64,000 bases of DNA from Blastocatellia bacterium. Its GTDB lineage: Bacteria; Acidobacteriota; Blastocatellia; UBA7656. The notes beneath the pieces are model-generated. The model worked only from the letters and a program-made list of their open reading frames with translations. It was not told the DNA's origin and searched no databases. This document shows positions 48,272 to 57,188 of this stretch, in pieces (position 1 is the stretch's first letter; each line of letters opens with the position of its first letter). Position numbers and translations under genes: made by a program. The DNA lies in contig DATFWY010000099.1 of NCBI GenBank assembly GCA_035258805.1, forward strand, positions 5,357 through 69,356. Reading direction: 5' to 3'.

Positions 48272-49105
48272 ATGGAGTCGATGATGAAAAAGAGAGTGTT
48301 CCTCCTGCCGTTATTTTTTCTCATCATGAACCTGGAAGCTCAGGCTCAGGACCGCATCGAGCAGTGGAAAGGCAAAACGATAATGGTCTTTACTCCGCAT
48401 CCGGACGACGATCTGTTTGGCTGCGGAGGAACGCTGGCGTTGCTGGCTAAAAACGGCAACAAGATCATCATTGTGATTTATACCAACGATAATAAAGGTT
48501 CTTTTGATCTCGAGATGACCAGCGAACGCCTAGCCCGCATTCGCAAGGCCGAGGAAGAGGCTGCGATGGAAGTACTCGGAGTTCCGAAGGCGAACATCTA
48601 TTGGATGGGTTACGACGATGGTGAACTTGAATACGCTGAGCCCAAGGCATTGTGCGGACAGGCGACCAAGCTGATTCGACAACACCGCCCCGACGTAGTC
48701 TTCAGCATCGATCCAGGCGAATGGTTTGAGCGCTGGCACAAGACAGATCACCGAATGGCCGCGTTCAACACCGCTGATGCAATTCGTGCGGCGGAGTTTC
48801 ATCTTTATTATCCCGAGCATTTATTGGTGGACGGCTTGAAGCCTTACAAAGTACCTCTGATGATGTTTTATTATGCCGCCAACGATGCGAATTACTGGGT
48901 CGACATAACAGAAGTAGCCGAACAGAAGATCAAGGCGGTGACGAAGCACGTCAGTCAGTTCGAGCCGTCAATCAACAAGTATCGCGCTGATTGGGATTCG
49001 CAGGATCTGGCAAAGCTGGTTGAATACCTCAAGGGCCGCGCAACAAAGAAGGACGGCAAATACGTTGAGGCATTTCGTCGCGCGACCAGTTTCAATCCGC
49101 AATGA
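48272..49105 (+). CDS. PIG-L/LmbE family N-acetylglucosaminyl deacetylase
   Basis: MVFTPHPDDDLFGCGGTLA, the HPDDD zinc-binding motif of LmbE-like deacetylases. Signal-peptide-like N-terminus. Confidence 0.8.
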   Translation: MESMMKKRVFLLPLFFLIMNLEAQAQDRIEQWKGKTIMVFTPHPDDDLFGCGGTLALLAKNGNKIIIVIYTNDNKGSFDLEMTSERLARIRKAEEEAAMEVLGVPKANIYWMGYDDGELEYAEPKALCGQATKLIRQHRPDVVFSIDPGEWFERWHKTDHRMAAFNTADAIRAAEFHLYYPEHLLVDGLKPYKVPLMMFYYAANDANYWVDITEVAEQKIKAVTKHVSQFEPSINKYRADWDSQDLAKLVEYLKGRATKKDGKYVEAFRRATSFNPQ

Positions 49106-49162
49106 ATTGAATTCCTGAGCCAGGCCGAAGCGATTTCTTGCCAGGTTCACCCGGAACATCAG

Positions 49163-49951
49163 ATGGCTGAATTTGATCGAGCACATCGCATTTTCGTCAG
49201 CTATATCGACAAATCGCGCGAATACTATCTCGCTCGTGGCTATGCGAATCCTTACCAGTGGGCCCACTATGAGGATGCCCCGTTCGCTACGTTGATGAAA
49301 CCGCTCAGAGAATGCCGAGTAGGTCTGGTCACTACCGCAGCTTTAAACGAAGAGACTGCGAAGATAAAACGAGTTTACAGTTCTACCACAACTCCGCCGC
49401 CGGATGAGATGTACACAGAACACCGGTCCTGGGACAAGAAAGCGACACACACTCGCGACGTAGAGTCTTTCTTACCTGTTCGTCGGGTATCCGAGTTCGC
49501 TGCCGACGGACGAATCGCGAGCATTTCGCCTCGTTTTTACGGCGCGCCCACTGACTTTAGTCAGCGGCGCACGATCGAAGGGTATGCGCCGTCGATTCTC
49601 GATCTATGTCGCGCTGACTGTGTGGATGTTGTGCTCCTCGTTCCTTTGTGACCTGTTTGTCATCAGACCGTGAGTCTGGTATCTCGGCATCTTGAGACAA
49701 ACGGCATACCGACGGTGGTGATCGGGTCGGCGAAAGACATCGTCGAGCAATGTGGTGTGGCGCGATTTGTATTCAGCGACTTTCCGCTTGGCAATTCTTG
49801 CGGGAAACCGTACGACGCGACGATGCAAAGGGCGATTGTTGGAATGGCGCTTGACCTCGTGGAGACGGCCCGATTTCCACGGACTACAGTACAGACTCCG
49901 TTTGCGTGGGATTCCACGGGCGAGTGGCGGGTCGAATATATGAAGCTTTAA
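49163..49951 (+). CDS. Selenoprotein B homologue of the glycine/sarcosine/betaine/D-proline reductase family (GrdB/PrdB-like). In-frame UGA (Sec) at 49649..49651.
   Basis: The track ORFs 49163..49651 and 49670..49951 are in the same frame, separated only by TGA. Read-through gives ...VDVVLLVPL-U-PVCHQTVSLVSRHLETNGIPTVVIGS... As recalled, this parallels the PrdB active-site block ...VDAVLLTAG-U-GTCHRSAVIVQR.IEEAGIPTIIVA. An upstream RVGLVTTAAL block matches KVALVTAAG. A stem-loop follows the TGA. Confidence 0.7.
49655..49702 (+). promoter_or_regulatory. Putative bacterial SECIS stem-loop starting 4 nt downstream of the UGA codon
   Basis: gtttgtc(49655-61)...gacaaac(49696-702) is a perfect 7-bp outer stem. 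An inner hairpin cagac-cgtga-gtctg lies within a 48-nt structure. Confidence 0.5.
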
Positions 49952-50122
49952 TGGTCCAGATAGCATTCTGCTGAAAGTCACTGCCACAAAGTCTCAAAGA
50001 CTCGATAGGACACTGCTACGCGGTTAAGATTTGCGAGGCACCTAACGTGTAAACCATGGCAACACGCCTTTAGGACACTACACTCCCCTTGCAACAAACA
50101 AGAGAATGAGCGTATTAAGACG

Positions 50123-50632
50123 ATGATGAAACTGCAGCCGTTCACAAAATCCATTGCCACTTTAGCGGTGAGCATCACATTCCTTCTGTTATCCGTTGCT
50201 CTCGCTCAACAGGGTAACCATGATTTGCCCAATCCAAACCTAACGCCGGGTGCGACGCTCAAGCTTACTAAGGATGATTTGTGTGGACCAAACCGAAAGG
50301 AAGTTGAAGGAAATATACCTATCAGTCTAAAAACTAAAGTTTTCGAGCTATACAAAATCCGCACCGAAGCGACCGAACCTCACAATATCGATCACTTGAT
50401 TCCCGTCTCCTTAGGCGGTTCCAATGACATTGCGAATCTTTGGCCGCAACCTCTATCCGGCGAATGGAATTACAATAAGAAGAACGAGCTTGAACGGCGG
50501 CTTCGCAGGATGGTGTGCGGAGGTGAGCTCGAGCTGGCAACCGCACAACGAGAGATTTCTACTGACTGGGTGAGTGCGTATAAGAAGTATATAGGCGAGC
50601 CACGACGCCAAAAGATGAAGCAGCCACAATAG
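50123..50632 (+). CDS. Secreted small HNH-motif protein (putative nuclease)
   Basis: Signal peptide MMKLQPFTKSIATLAVSITFLLLSVALAQ. HNIDHLIPVSLGGSNDIANLWPQP matches an HNH/ENDO VII-type H-N-N motif. Confidence 0.5.
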   Translation: MMKLQPFTKSIATLAVSITFLLLSVALAQQGNHDLPNPNLTPGATLKLTKDDLCGPNRKEVEGNIPISLKTKVFELYKIRTEATEPHNIDHLIPVSLGGSNDIANLWPQPLSGEWNYNKKNELERRLRRMVCGGELELATAQREISTDWVSAYKKYIGEPRRQKMKQPQ

Positions 50633-50665
50633 TTGCTTCGATCATCCGCCAAGACTTCGAGCTAC

Positions 50666-52405
50666 TCACGCTTCATACAAATCCACCGCCGTCTGTCCCC
50701 TCGCAAAACGCTGCGCAGTCTGTGCCGCTGACTGACTACCCGCTCGCTTTCTCGCATCAGTCGCCCAACGGCTCAAACCGATCAACAGCTGGTTACGCGC
50801 CGGATGGCCCTCACACAATTTCCACTCGTCAAAAACAAACCTCAATGTGTGCACAAGATTCCAGCCGTTGTCGTCTTTGAGAATCGATTGGCCCATCTCC
50901 GACAACAGGCGATTGCCTGAATACCCGGAGTTCAAATACTCGCGTGTGTGCCTGCCAACTTCGCGTACCTGGACCGTCTCAATTGAATCAAGAACGGTCC
51001 GCAAAGCCGTGTCTTCATCTGGCGCATCCGATTTTGTGGCCGCTAGCGGATCGGTCAGAGAACGCGGAGTAATGTTGAGCCATCGATCGCTGAAAAATTG
51101 CCACGCAGCGTGATAGAGAGCCTTCGCGCCAATCTTGAACCCGCCGTACCGATATGCGGTTCGAACTGATGACGAGACTATCAACTCCTGACTAAGGCTG
51201 CCCCATCCCGGGTTGAGGTTCACTGGTGTCCGCGCCATTCGATCAGCGGCCAATAGAACCAACGTTGTTACAATCCGCTCAATCCCAACGCCTGCCTTGA
51301 GAGCATTCGAAATCGCATTGAACGTCTGGCTCAAATCCCCACTTACCAGACCTCTGGCGATGGCGTCCTCATCGTACGCAGTTCCGTCAGCGGCGGGAGC
51401 ATCGTCCAGCTCCTGGAGGAACGCGTCGATCGGTTCAAACATCTTCATCGCAGCTAGGCGGAGTTCTTCCGGAGCATCGCGACCTCTCCCGAGGATCTTT
51501 GCAGCAAGGTTGCAGACCAGTTCTTCCGAATTATCCCAGCCGAATTCCTCCAGCAATTCTGCCAGGAATTCGAAAAGCGGAAGGTTTTGAGTATGGCCTA
51601 AGAAAAAGGATTCGAGCGCACACTCATAGAGCAGCGGAAAAATCTCAGCATCGTGTCCACCAAGACGTCGAGCGGTGATCAAACATTTCTCGATCCCCTC
51701 CGGCGCCTTATCCGCAGTGAATACATGAATCCAATTTGCAAGCTTCTCCCAGGTAGTCGGAGGCGGCAACGGCTCAACTGCCGGGCGGTCTCCTGCAGTA
51801 CCGGAAGCACCGGTCGCCGCAATCATCAACGGAATCAGCCGGTCGTCAGGCGCGTAGTGACGCGCAACCTTGACCCCGTTAACCATCATCGCCAGCTCGC
51901 GCCCCGCTTCGTTTGGGCCACGTCCAGTGGCAACGTGTCTGCCGAGATGCCTAACAACAAGCTTCAGCGTGTCCTTCTCCGACACTCCTTTGGCCAGCAT
52001 GATGGCGATGGCTTTAGACAGCGTCCAGTTATCTGCGCTTAAAAGGCCTTCTTTTAGCAGGAGGAAATGCGCATCTTTGCGCCTGGATCCGCCGCTGCTC
52101 ACATCGATATAGATCGAGCCATCGCAAACCTCAACAGGAAATGTGTCGAGATCATCGCAGCCTCCGGTGAAGCAGCCGCCGCCTTTCATGTCGTAGCTCC
52201 ATCCGTGCCAGTCACAAGTAAGAACGCCGTTGCGGACTCGTCCACGTGTCAATGGATATCCCATATGCGGGCACTGGTTATCTGTGGCATAGATGTCGCC
52301 CTTGTGTTGAAAAAGCGCGATGCTGCGGCCGTCGACTTTGACGGCTTTTGGAGTGCCTTCGGGCACATCTTTGATTTCCGCTACCCTAACAAAATTATTC
52401 GACAT
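50666..52405 (-). CDS. Rieske [2Fe-2S] domain protein with large C-terminal helical domain of unknown function (paralogue 1)
   Basis: CPHMGYPLTRG...(17)...CDWHGWSYD is the CxH...CxxH Rieske motif. About 450 aa of unassigned all-alpha sequence follows. About 50% identical to the adjacent gene. Confidence 0.75.
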   Translation of the reverse strand: MSNNFVRVAEIKDVPEGTPKAVKVDGRSIALFQHKGDIYATDNQCPHMGYPLTRGRVRNGVLTCDWHGWSYDMKGGGCFTGGCDDLDTFPVEVCDGSIYIDVSSGGSRRKDAHFLLLKEGLLSADNWTLSKAIAIMLAKGVSEKDTLKLVVRHLGRHVATGRGPNEAGRELAMMVNGVKVARHYAPDDRLIPLMIAATGASGTAGDRPAVEPLPPPTTWEKLANWIHVFTADKAPEGIEKCLITARRLGGHDAEIFPLLYECALESFFLGHTQNLPLFEFLAELLEEFGWDNSEELVCNLAAKILGRGRDAPEELRLAAMKMFEPIDAFLQELDDAPAADGTAYDEDAIARGLVSGDLSQTFNAISNALKAGVGIERIVTTLVLLAADRMARTPVNLNPGWGSLSQELIVSSSVRTAYRYGGFKIGAKALYHAAWQFFSDRWLNITPRSLTDPLAATKSDAPDEDTALRTVLDSIETVQVREVGRHTREYLNSGYSGNRLLSEMGQSILKDDNGWNLVHTLRFVFDEWKLCEGHPARNQLLIGLSRWATDARKRAGSQSAAQTAQRFARGQTAVDLYEA

Positions 52406-52432
52406 TGCAGTCTCCTAAGAAAACCATTGTTG

Positions 52433-54184
52433 CTAATCTTCAAACGCCTCCACCGTTGTTCTTCCCTCCGCAAAGCGCATCGCGGTGTTAGTCGCAGATC
52501 CGCTGTTCTTGTTCGTTCGAATATCAGTAGCGTAACGCGCGAGCCCCACAAGCAACTGGTACCGCGCAGGATGAACGCTCTCTGACTTACTTAACAGCTC
52601 CCACTCCTCAAACACCGTGCGCAGCGTCGGTAAAACCTGGATGTTGGTGTCATCCCACAGCATCGATCGTCCAATTTCGTGCGCCAGGCGATCACCTGAG
52701 TATCCGGCATTCAGATAACCTAAGACCTGCGCGCCGATCTCCTGAACGTTAAGGGACGCGATTGATTTGAGAATTGTTCGCACCCCAGTATCTTCGTCGG
52801 CTACTTCGAGCCTGGTCGCATCGAGCGGTTCGGACAAAGGCCGAAGCGGTATATTAAGCCAGCGATCGGAGAACATCTGCCAGGCCGCCTGGAATGTCGC
52901 TTTTGCCGCCACCAAAACTCCGCCGTTTCGCTTAGCGGTACGCAGTGACGCTGCAAGGTTGAGTTCCATCGTCAGTGGTCCCCACCCCGCATCGACGTTC
53001 ACCGGCGTGCGAGCCATCCGATCCGCAGCAAGAAGTACAAAGCTAGTGATCAAGCGATCCAAACTCACGCCTTCTTTGAGAGCACCTGTAACAGCCTCAA
53101 ACGATTTCTGAATGTTTCCGCTAAGCAGCGCGCGAACCAAACCATCTTCGTCGTGATCGGGCTGGCCCGATGAGTAATCGCTGGACTCGATCGCCGGAAC
53201 AGAAGCCGCCATCAATTGAACGGCGTCTCGAAGAAAGCGTTCGGGCTCGCCTCGGCGACGGCCAATAAGTTTTGCGCCGAGATTGAAGACTACTTCGGAC
53301 GATCGCTCCCAGCCGAAGCTCTCGACGGCTTCAGCCAGGTAACCGAGCGCGAGCAGGTTATCTCCGTAACCCAGAAAGTGCGGTTCTACCGCACATTCGT
53401 ATAGCAATCGAAGAATCTTGTCTTGATAATGCAGATTGTGCGCTGTGAAGAGGCAGCGCTCTATCCTGCCCGACTGACCATCGTGAGAAAACATCCGCGT
53501 CCATTTATCTATGCTTTCCCAGGACACCGATCCAGGCATGGGCACCACGTTGAGGCGTTCAGCGGATTTCCCTGCAACCGAGCAGGCAGCCGTCGCCAAA
53601 ACCATCAGCCGATCGGCGTCTTGATAACGGCGCCCGACCTTGAGGCCGTTGATCAATCTTGAAAGCTCCGAGCCTCCTTCCGCATCTTCATCGCTTGCAA
53701 TGCGTCTGCCTAGGTGTCGGAGGATCATTTGCACGATCTCTTCCTCAGGAACATTGCCTCTGAGCAGCAGAGCGATGGCTTTTGAAATAGTCCAACGATC
53801 TTCGCTCAGCAGCCCCTCCCAGAGCAGGCGAAGGTGTTCGTCTCGGCGTTTGTACTGGAGATCACCGACATTAATCCAGACAGCACCATCGCGTACGTCC
53901 ACCGGAAAAATCTGAAGATCGTCACATTCCTTGTTGAAGCATCCGCCGCCTTCTAAATCGAAACTCCGTCCGTGCCAGTCGCAGGTGAGGATGCCATGAC
54001 GAATGGCGCCTCGGGTCAACGGGTAACCCATGTGAGGGCACTGGTTGTCGGTGGCGTGAATCCTGCCATCGACGTTGAAAAGCGCAATCGTGCGTCCCTG
54101 GTTGAGTTTTACTGCTTTAGCTTCACCTGGAGGAATCTCGCTCAGGCCTGCGACGCGTATCCATTCCGAGATAGGTTTGACCAC
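52433..54184 (-). CDS. Rieske [2Fe-2S] domain protein with large C-terminal helical domain of unknown function (paralogue 2)
   Basis: CPHMGYPLTRG...CDWHGRSFD Rieske motif, collinear with 50666..52405. Shared blocks include LLAADRMARTPVN and FSDRWLNI. Confidence 0.75.
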   Translation of the reverse strand: MVKPISEWIRVAGLSEIPPGEAKAVKLNQGRTIALFNVDGRIHATDNQCPHMGYPLTRGAIRHGILTCDWHGRSFDLEGGGCFNKECDDLQIFPVDVRDGAVWINVGDLQYKRRDEHLRLLWEGLLSEDRWTISKAIALLLRGNVPEEEIVQMILRHLGRRIASDEDAEGGSELSRLINGLKVGRRYQDADRLMVLATAACSVAGKSAERLNVVPMPGSVSWESIDKWTRMFSHDGQSGRIERCLFTAHNLHYQDKILRLLYECAVEPHFLGYGDNLLALGYLAEAVESFGWERSSEVVFNLGAKLIGRRRGEPERFLRDAVQLMAASVPAIESSDYSSGQPDHDEDGLVRALLSGNIQKSFEAVTGALKEGVSLDRLITSFVLLAADRMARTPVNVDAGWGPLTMELNLAASLRTAKRNGGVLVAAKATFQAAWQMFSDRWLNIPLRPLSEPLDATRLEVADEDTGVRTILKSIASLNVQEIGAQVLGYLNAGYSGDRLAHEIGRSMLWDDTNIQVLPTLRTVFEEWELLSKSESVHPARYQLLVGLARYATDIRTNKNSGSATNTAMRFAEGRTTVEAFED

Positions 54185-54348
54185 GGTTGTTACTCCTGAT
54201 CGGCTGTGGCGAATCTGCGATCGATGTCATCGCGCGGGCACACCAGACCAAGGTAGTGCCGAATGGGTTCGGAATTCAAATGATATTTGCGCAGGGCAAC
54301 CTCTTCTTACAGCTTGCATCTGAATGGCCCAGTAAGGAGGAGGTACAA

Positions 54349-56370
54349 ATGAAACGGAATTGGCGGTACGTCTGTCAGCTTCTCGTTGCAATCGCAACGA
54401 TCTCATTTCTCAGCTCTGCGAAGAGTCAGTCTGCCGGCGCCCAACAGAATCAACCTCCTGTTCAAGCGCTAACAGAAAAAGACAAAACTCTCTCACCCTA
54501 TTTCTTTGTTCAAGGGGATCCCAGCGTTGATCAATTGCCTCTGAAAGATACTAACGTGCAGATCGATGTTTCGGGAGTGATCGCGGATGTCGAGGTTCGG
54601 CAAACATACCGAAACGAGGGCTCGCGTCCGATTAACGCCCGCTATGTCTTCCCCGCCTCTACACGTGCCGCCGTTTATTCGATGCGGATGCGCATCGGCG
54701 ACCAGGTTGTAGTAGCCAAAATCAAAGAGCGAGAAAAAGCGCAGCAGGAATTCGAAAAAGCCAAACAAGAAGGCAAGAGCGCATCATTGCTCGAACAGAA
54801 CAGACCAAACGTGTTCTCGATGAGTCTCGCCAATATAATGCCCGGCGACCAGGTTGAAATAGAACTTCGTTATACCGAACTGCTGATACCCACGGATGGG
54901 ATTTATGAAGTGGTCTTTCCTACAGTTGTTGGGCCCCGCTATTCTTCGCAACCTGAATCCCCGGCGGCCCAAACAGATCAGTGGGTTAAAAATCCTTATC
55001 TCCGCGAGGGACAGAAGCCAACCAGTGCGTTACATATTTCCGCCAGGGTTTCCGCGGGAATTCCTATTCAGGAGTTGACCTGTCCATCGCATTCGATCGT
55101 TCCCCAATGGCAGGGCCCGACGATTGCGCAGCTGCAAACGGATGATAAGGATTCGTCGCAGGGAAACCGTGACTTTATTTTGAGATATCGCCTGACTGGC
55201 GATCAGATCGCGTCAGGGTTGATTCTTTACCAGGGTCAAGATGAAAACTTCTTTCTCTACATGGCACAACCGCCGCGACGAGTTGCGAGCACAGAGATAC
55301 CCACAAGAGAGTATATCTTTGTCGTCGACGTGTCAGGTTCGATGGAAGGGTTCCCCTTGAATACGTGTAAACGGTTACTGCGTGACCTGATCGGGCAACT
55401 GCGACCTACCGATTTGTTCAACGTGGTCTTGTTCGCCGGAGACTCCACCGTTCTGTCGCCAAAATCGCTGTATGCGAACCAGGAAAACATCTCGAGCGCA
55501 ATCCGATTACTCGAACAACAGCGAGGCAGCGGAGGAACCGAGTTGCTCGCCGCGGTAAAACAAGCAATGAGCATCCCACCTCATTCCAGCGTGTCGCGCA
55601 GTGTGGTGCTTGTCACCGATGGCTATATCTCGGGTGAACAGGGAGTCTTTGACTACATTCACGAGAATCTGAATGAATGCAATGTCTTCGCGTTTGGGAT
55701 CGGAACTGCAGTAAACCGCTATCTCATCGAGGGTGTTGCAAAAGCGGGATTGGGAGAACCTTTCATCGTCACAAGCGAGGCTGAGGCTCCTGCAATAGCG
55801 GCTAAGTTTCAGGAATACATCCAGACGCCGGTGTTGACGGACATTAACGTCAAAACCAGCGGCTTCGATGCTTATGACGTGAACCCCGCCCACACCCCTG
55901 ATCTGTTCGCTGAGCGGCCAATAATTGTTTTCGGCAAGTGGCGCGGTCAGGCTACAGGTACGTTCGAGTTGAAAGGAAAGAACGGAAATGGAGATTACGT
56001 AACTCGTGTCGATGTCAACGGTGTTCAACCAGACGATGCCAATAGAGCGCTGCGTGATCTTTGGGCCCGATCGCAGATTGCTGAGCTCTCAGACTACGGC
56101 GCAAGCCATGTCGAACCCGAGCGAGTCAAAACAATCACAAACCTCGGGCTGAAATACAATCTGCTGACGCAATACACATCATTCATTGCCGTGCTTGAAA
56201 GTGTCACAAATACAGGCAGGCCTGCGCAGGATGTGAATCAACCTCTTCCGCTTCCCCTCGGAGTGACTGATATGGCGGTAGGAAGTGAACCTGAGTTGAT
56301 CTGGCTGATAAGCGCTTCCCTCGTTCTAGCGTTGATTATGTTCCTTCGCTACCGGCGGCGTTTTGTATGA
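54349..56370 (+). CDS. VIT domain + von Willebrand factor A domain protein with C-terminal PEP-CTERM-like sorting signal
   Basis: Signal peptide MKRNWRYVCQLLVAIATISFLSSA. VIT block DVSGVIADVEVRQTYRNEG. vWA MIDAS FVVDVSGSM. C-terminus ...GSEPELIWLISASLVLALIMFLRYRRRFV, which is a Pro/Glu motif, a TM helix and then an Arg cluster. The track ORF from 54187 carries a 54-aa upstream extension that is not accepted. Confidence 0.8.
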   Translation: MKRNWRYVCQLLVAIATISFLSSAKSQSAGAQQNQPPVQALTEKDKTLSPYFFVQGDPSVDQLPLKDTNVQIDVSGVIADVEVRQTYRNEGSRPINARYVFPASTRAAVYSMRMRIGDQVVVAKIKEREKAQQEFEKAKQEGKSASLLEQNRPNVFSMSLANIMPGDQVEIELRYTELLIPTDGIYEVVFPTVVGPRYSSQPESPAAQTDQWVKNPYLREGQKPTSALHISARVSAGIPIQELTCPSHSIVPQWQGPTIAQLQTDDKDSSQGNRDFILRYRLTGDQIASGLILYQGQDENFFLYMAQPPRRVASTEIPTREYIFVVDVSGSMEGFPLNTCKRLLRDLIGQLRPTDLFNVVLFAGDSTVLSPKSLYANQENISSAIRLLEQQRGSGGTELLAAVKQAMSIPPHSSVSRSVVLVTDGYISGEQGVFDYIHENLNECNVFAFGIGTAVNRYLIEGVAKAGLGEPFIVTSEAEAPAIAAKFQEYIQTPVLTDINVKTSGFDAYDVNPAHTPDLFAERPIIVFGKWRGQATGTFELKGKNGNGDYVTRVDVNGVQPDDANRALRDLWARSQIAELSDYGASHVEPERVKTITNLGLKYNLLTQYTSFIAVLESVTNTGRPAQDVNQPLPLPLGVTDMAVGSEPELIWLISASLVLALIMFLRYRRRFV

Positions 56371-57155
56371 AACTGAAAATGAGTGCGCGCTGGGTCGCAC
56401 AGAGTGCGGCGGTGCTGATCTGCGTTTTCGCTTTGAAGCAATATTATTCAACCGCGAGCGCAGATCAGCTTAAATGGATCCTGACGCCTACGACCGCATG
56501 CGTTGAGCTGTTCAGCGGCGAGTCGTTCCGGTTTGAATCTCATGCGGGTTACATAAGCGCGGATCATCGATTCCTGATCGCGTCGTCATGTGCGGGAGTT
56601 AATTTTCTTATCACCGCTTTTCTGATGCTTTCAGCAAGGAGGCTGCTGTTTGAGCCGCCGACCAGCGCGACCTGGTCATTCATCCCGGTCTCATTATTCG
56701 CAGCCTATGTTGTAACTCTGATTGCAAACACGACTCGGATCTTGATCGCGCTGAAACTCCAGGGAATTTCTGCGATTGATTCGCTGGATTCGAACCAGCT
56801 ACATCGATTAGAGGGCATCTTCATCTATTTCCTGTTTCTGACATTGTTGTTCCTGGTGAGCGAACGGAACAGTTCAGATGGACTCTACAGTGTGTTGCGA
56901 CGGTGCTTCCTTCCGCTGCTCGTATATTATTCGACGATGTTGGGTATACCGTTGTTAAACGGGTCGTACCGAGCAGGAAGGAATTTCTGGGAGTACGCTA
57001 CAGTTGTTTTTCTTGTGCCGGTGCTTGTTCTTTGCGGGCTTTGCGGGTGTTTGAGTGCTTACGCGCAGCTCACACCGCAATTCAGGCTTCCCGCAAAATC
57101 GCAAAGAACCGCAAAGCTCGCAAGGGAAGAAACGAATAAATTCGTTACTACGTGA
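56367..57155 (+). CDS. Exosortase/archaeosortase family protein (small)
   Basis: 262 aa polytopic membrane protein. SSCAGVNF resembles the catalytic ACSGxRS block and IANTTRILI resembles the NxxR(I/V) block. ATGA start overlaps the stop of the VIT-vWA gene by 4 bp. Its 3' end is formed by the AACGAATAAATTCGTTACTACGTGA repeat. Confidence 0.6.
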   Translation: MKLKMSARWVAQSAAVLICVFALKQYYSTASADQLKWILTPTTACVELFSGESFRFESHAGYISADHRFLIASSCAGVNFLITAFLMLSARRLLFEPPTSATWSFIPVSLFAAYVVTLIANTTRILIALKLQGISAIDSLDSNQLHRLEGIFIYFLFLTLLFLVSERNSSDGLYSVLRRCFLPLLVYYSTMLGIPLLNGSYRAGRNFWEYATVVFLVPVLVLCGLCGCLSAYAQLTPQFRLPAKSQRTAKLAREETNKFVTT

Positions 57156-57188
57156 GGAGTTCACTCCTTTAGACTAATTCCAACTCCA

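Noticed and set aside
49652-49669. Treating 49163..49651 and 49670..49951 as two separate genes
   Set aside because: Same frame, separated only by TGA. Homology is continuous across the TGA with a UxxC selenoprotein B motif, and a hairpin follows. Called as a single Sec-containing CDS.
54187-54348. N-terminal 54-aa extension of the VIT-vWA ORF (track start 54187)
   Set aside because: A canonical signal peptide starts at MKRNWRY (54349). The extension overlaps the divergent Rieske promoter region.
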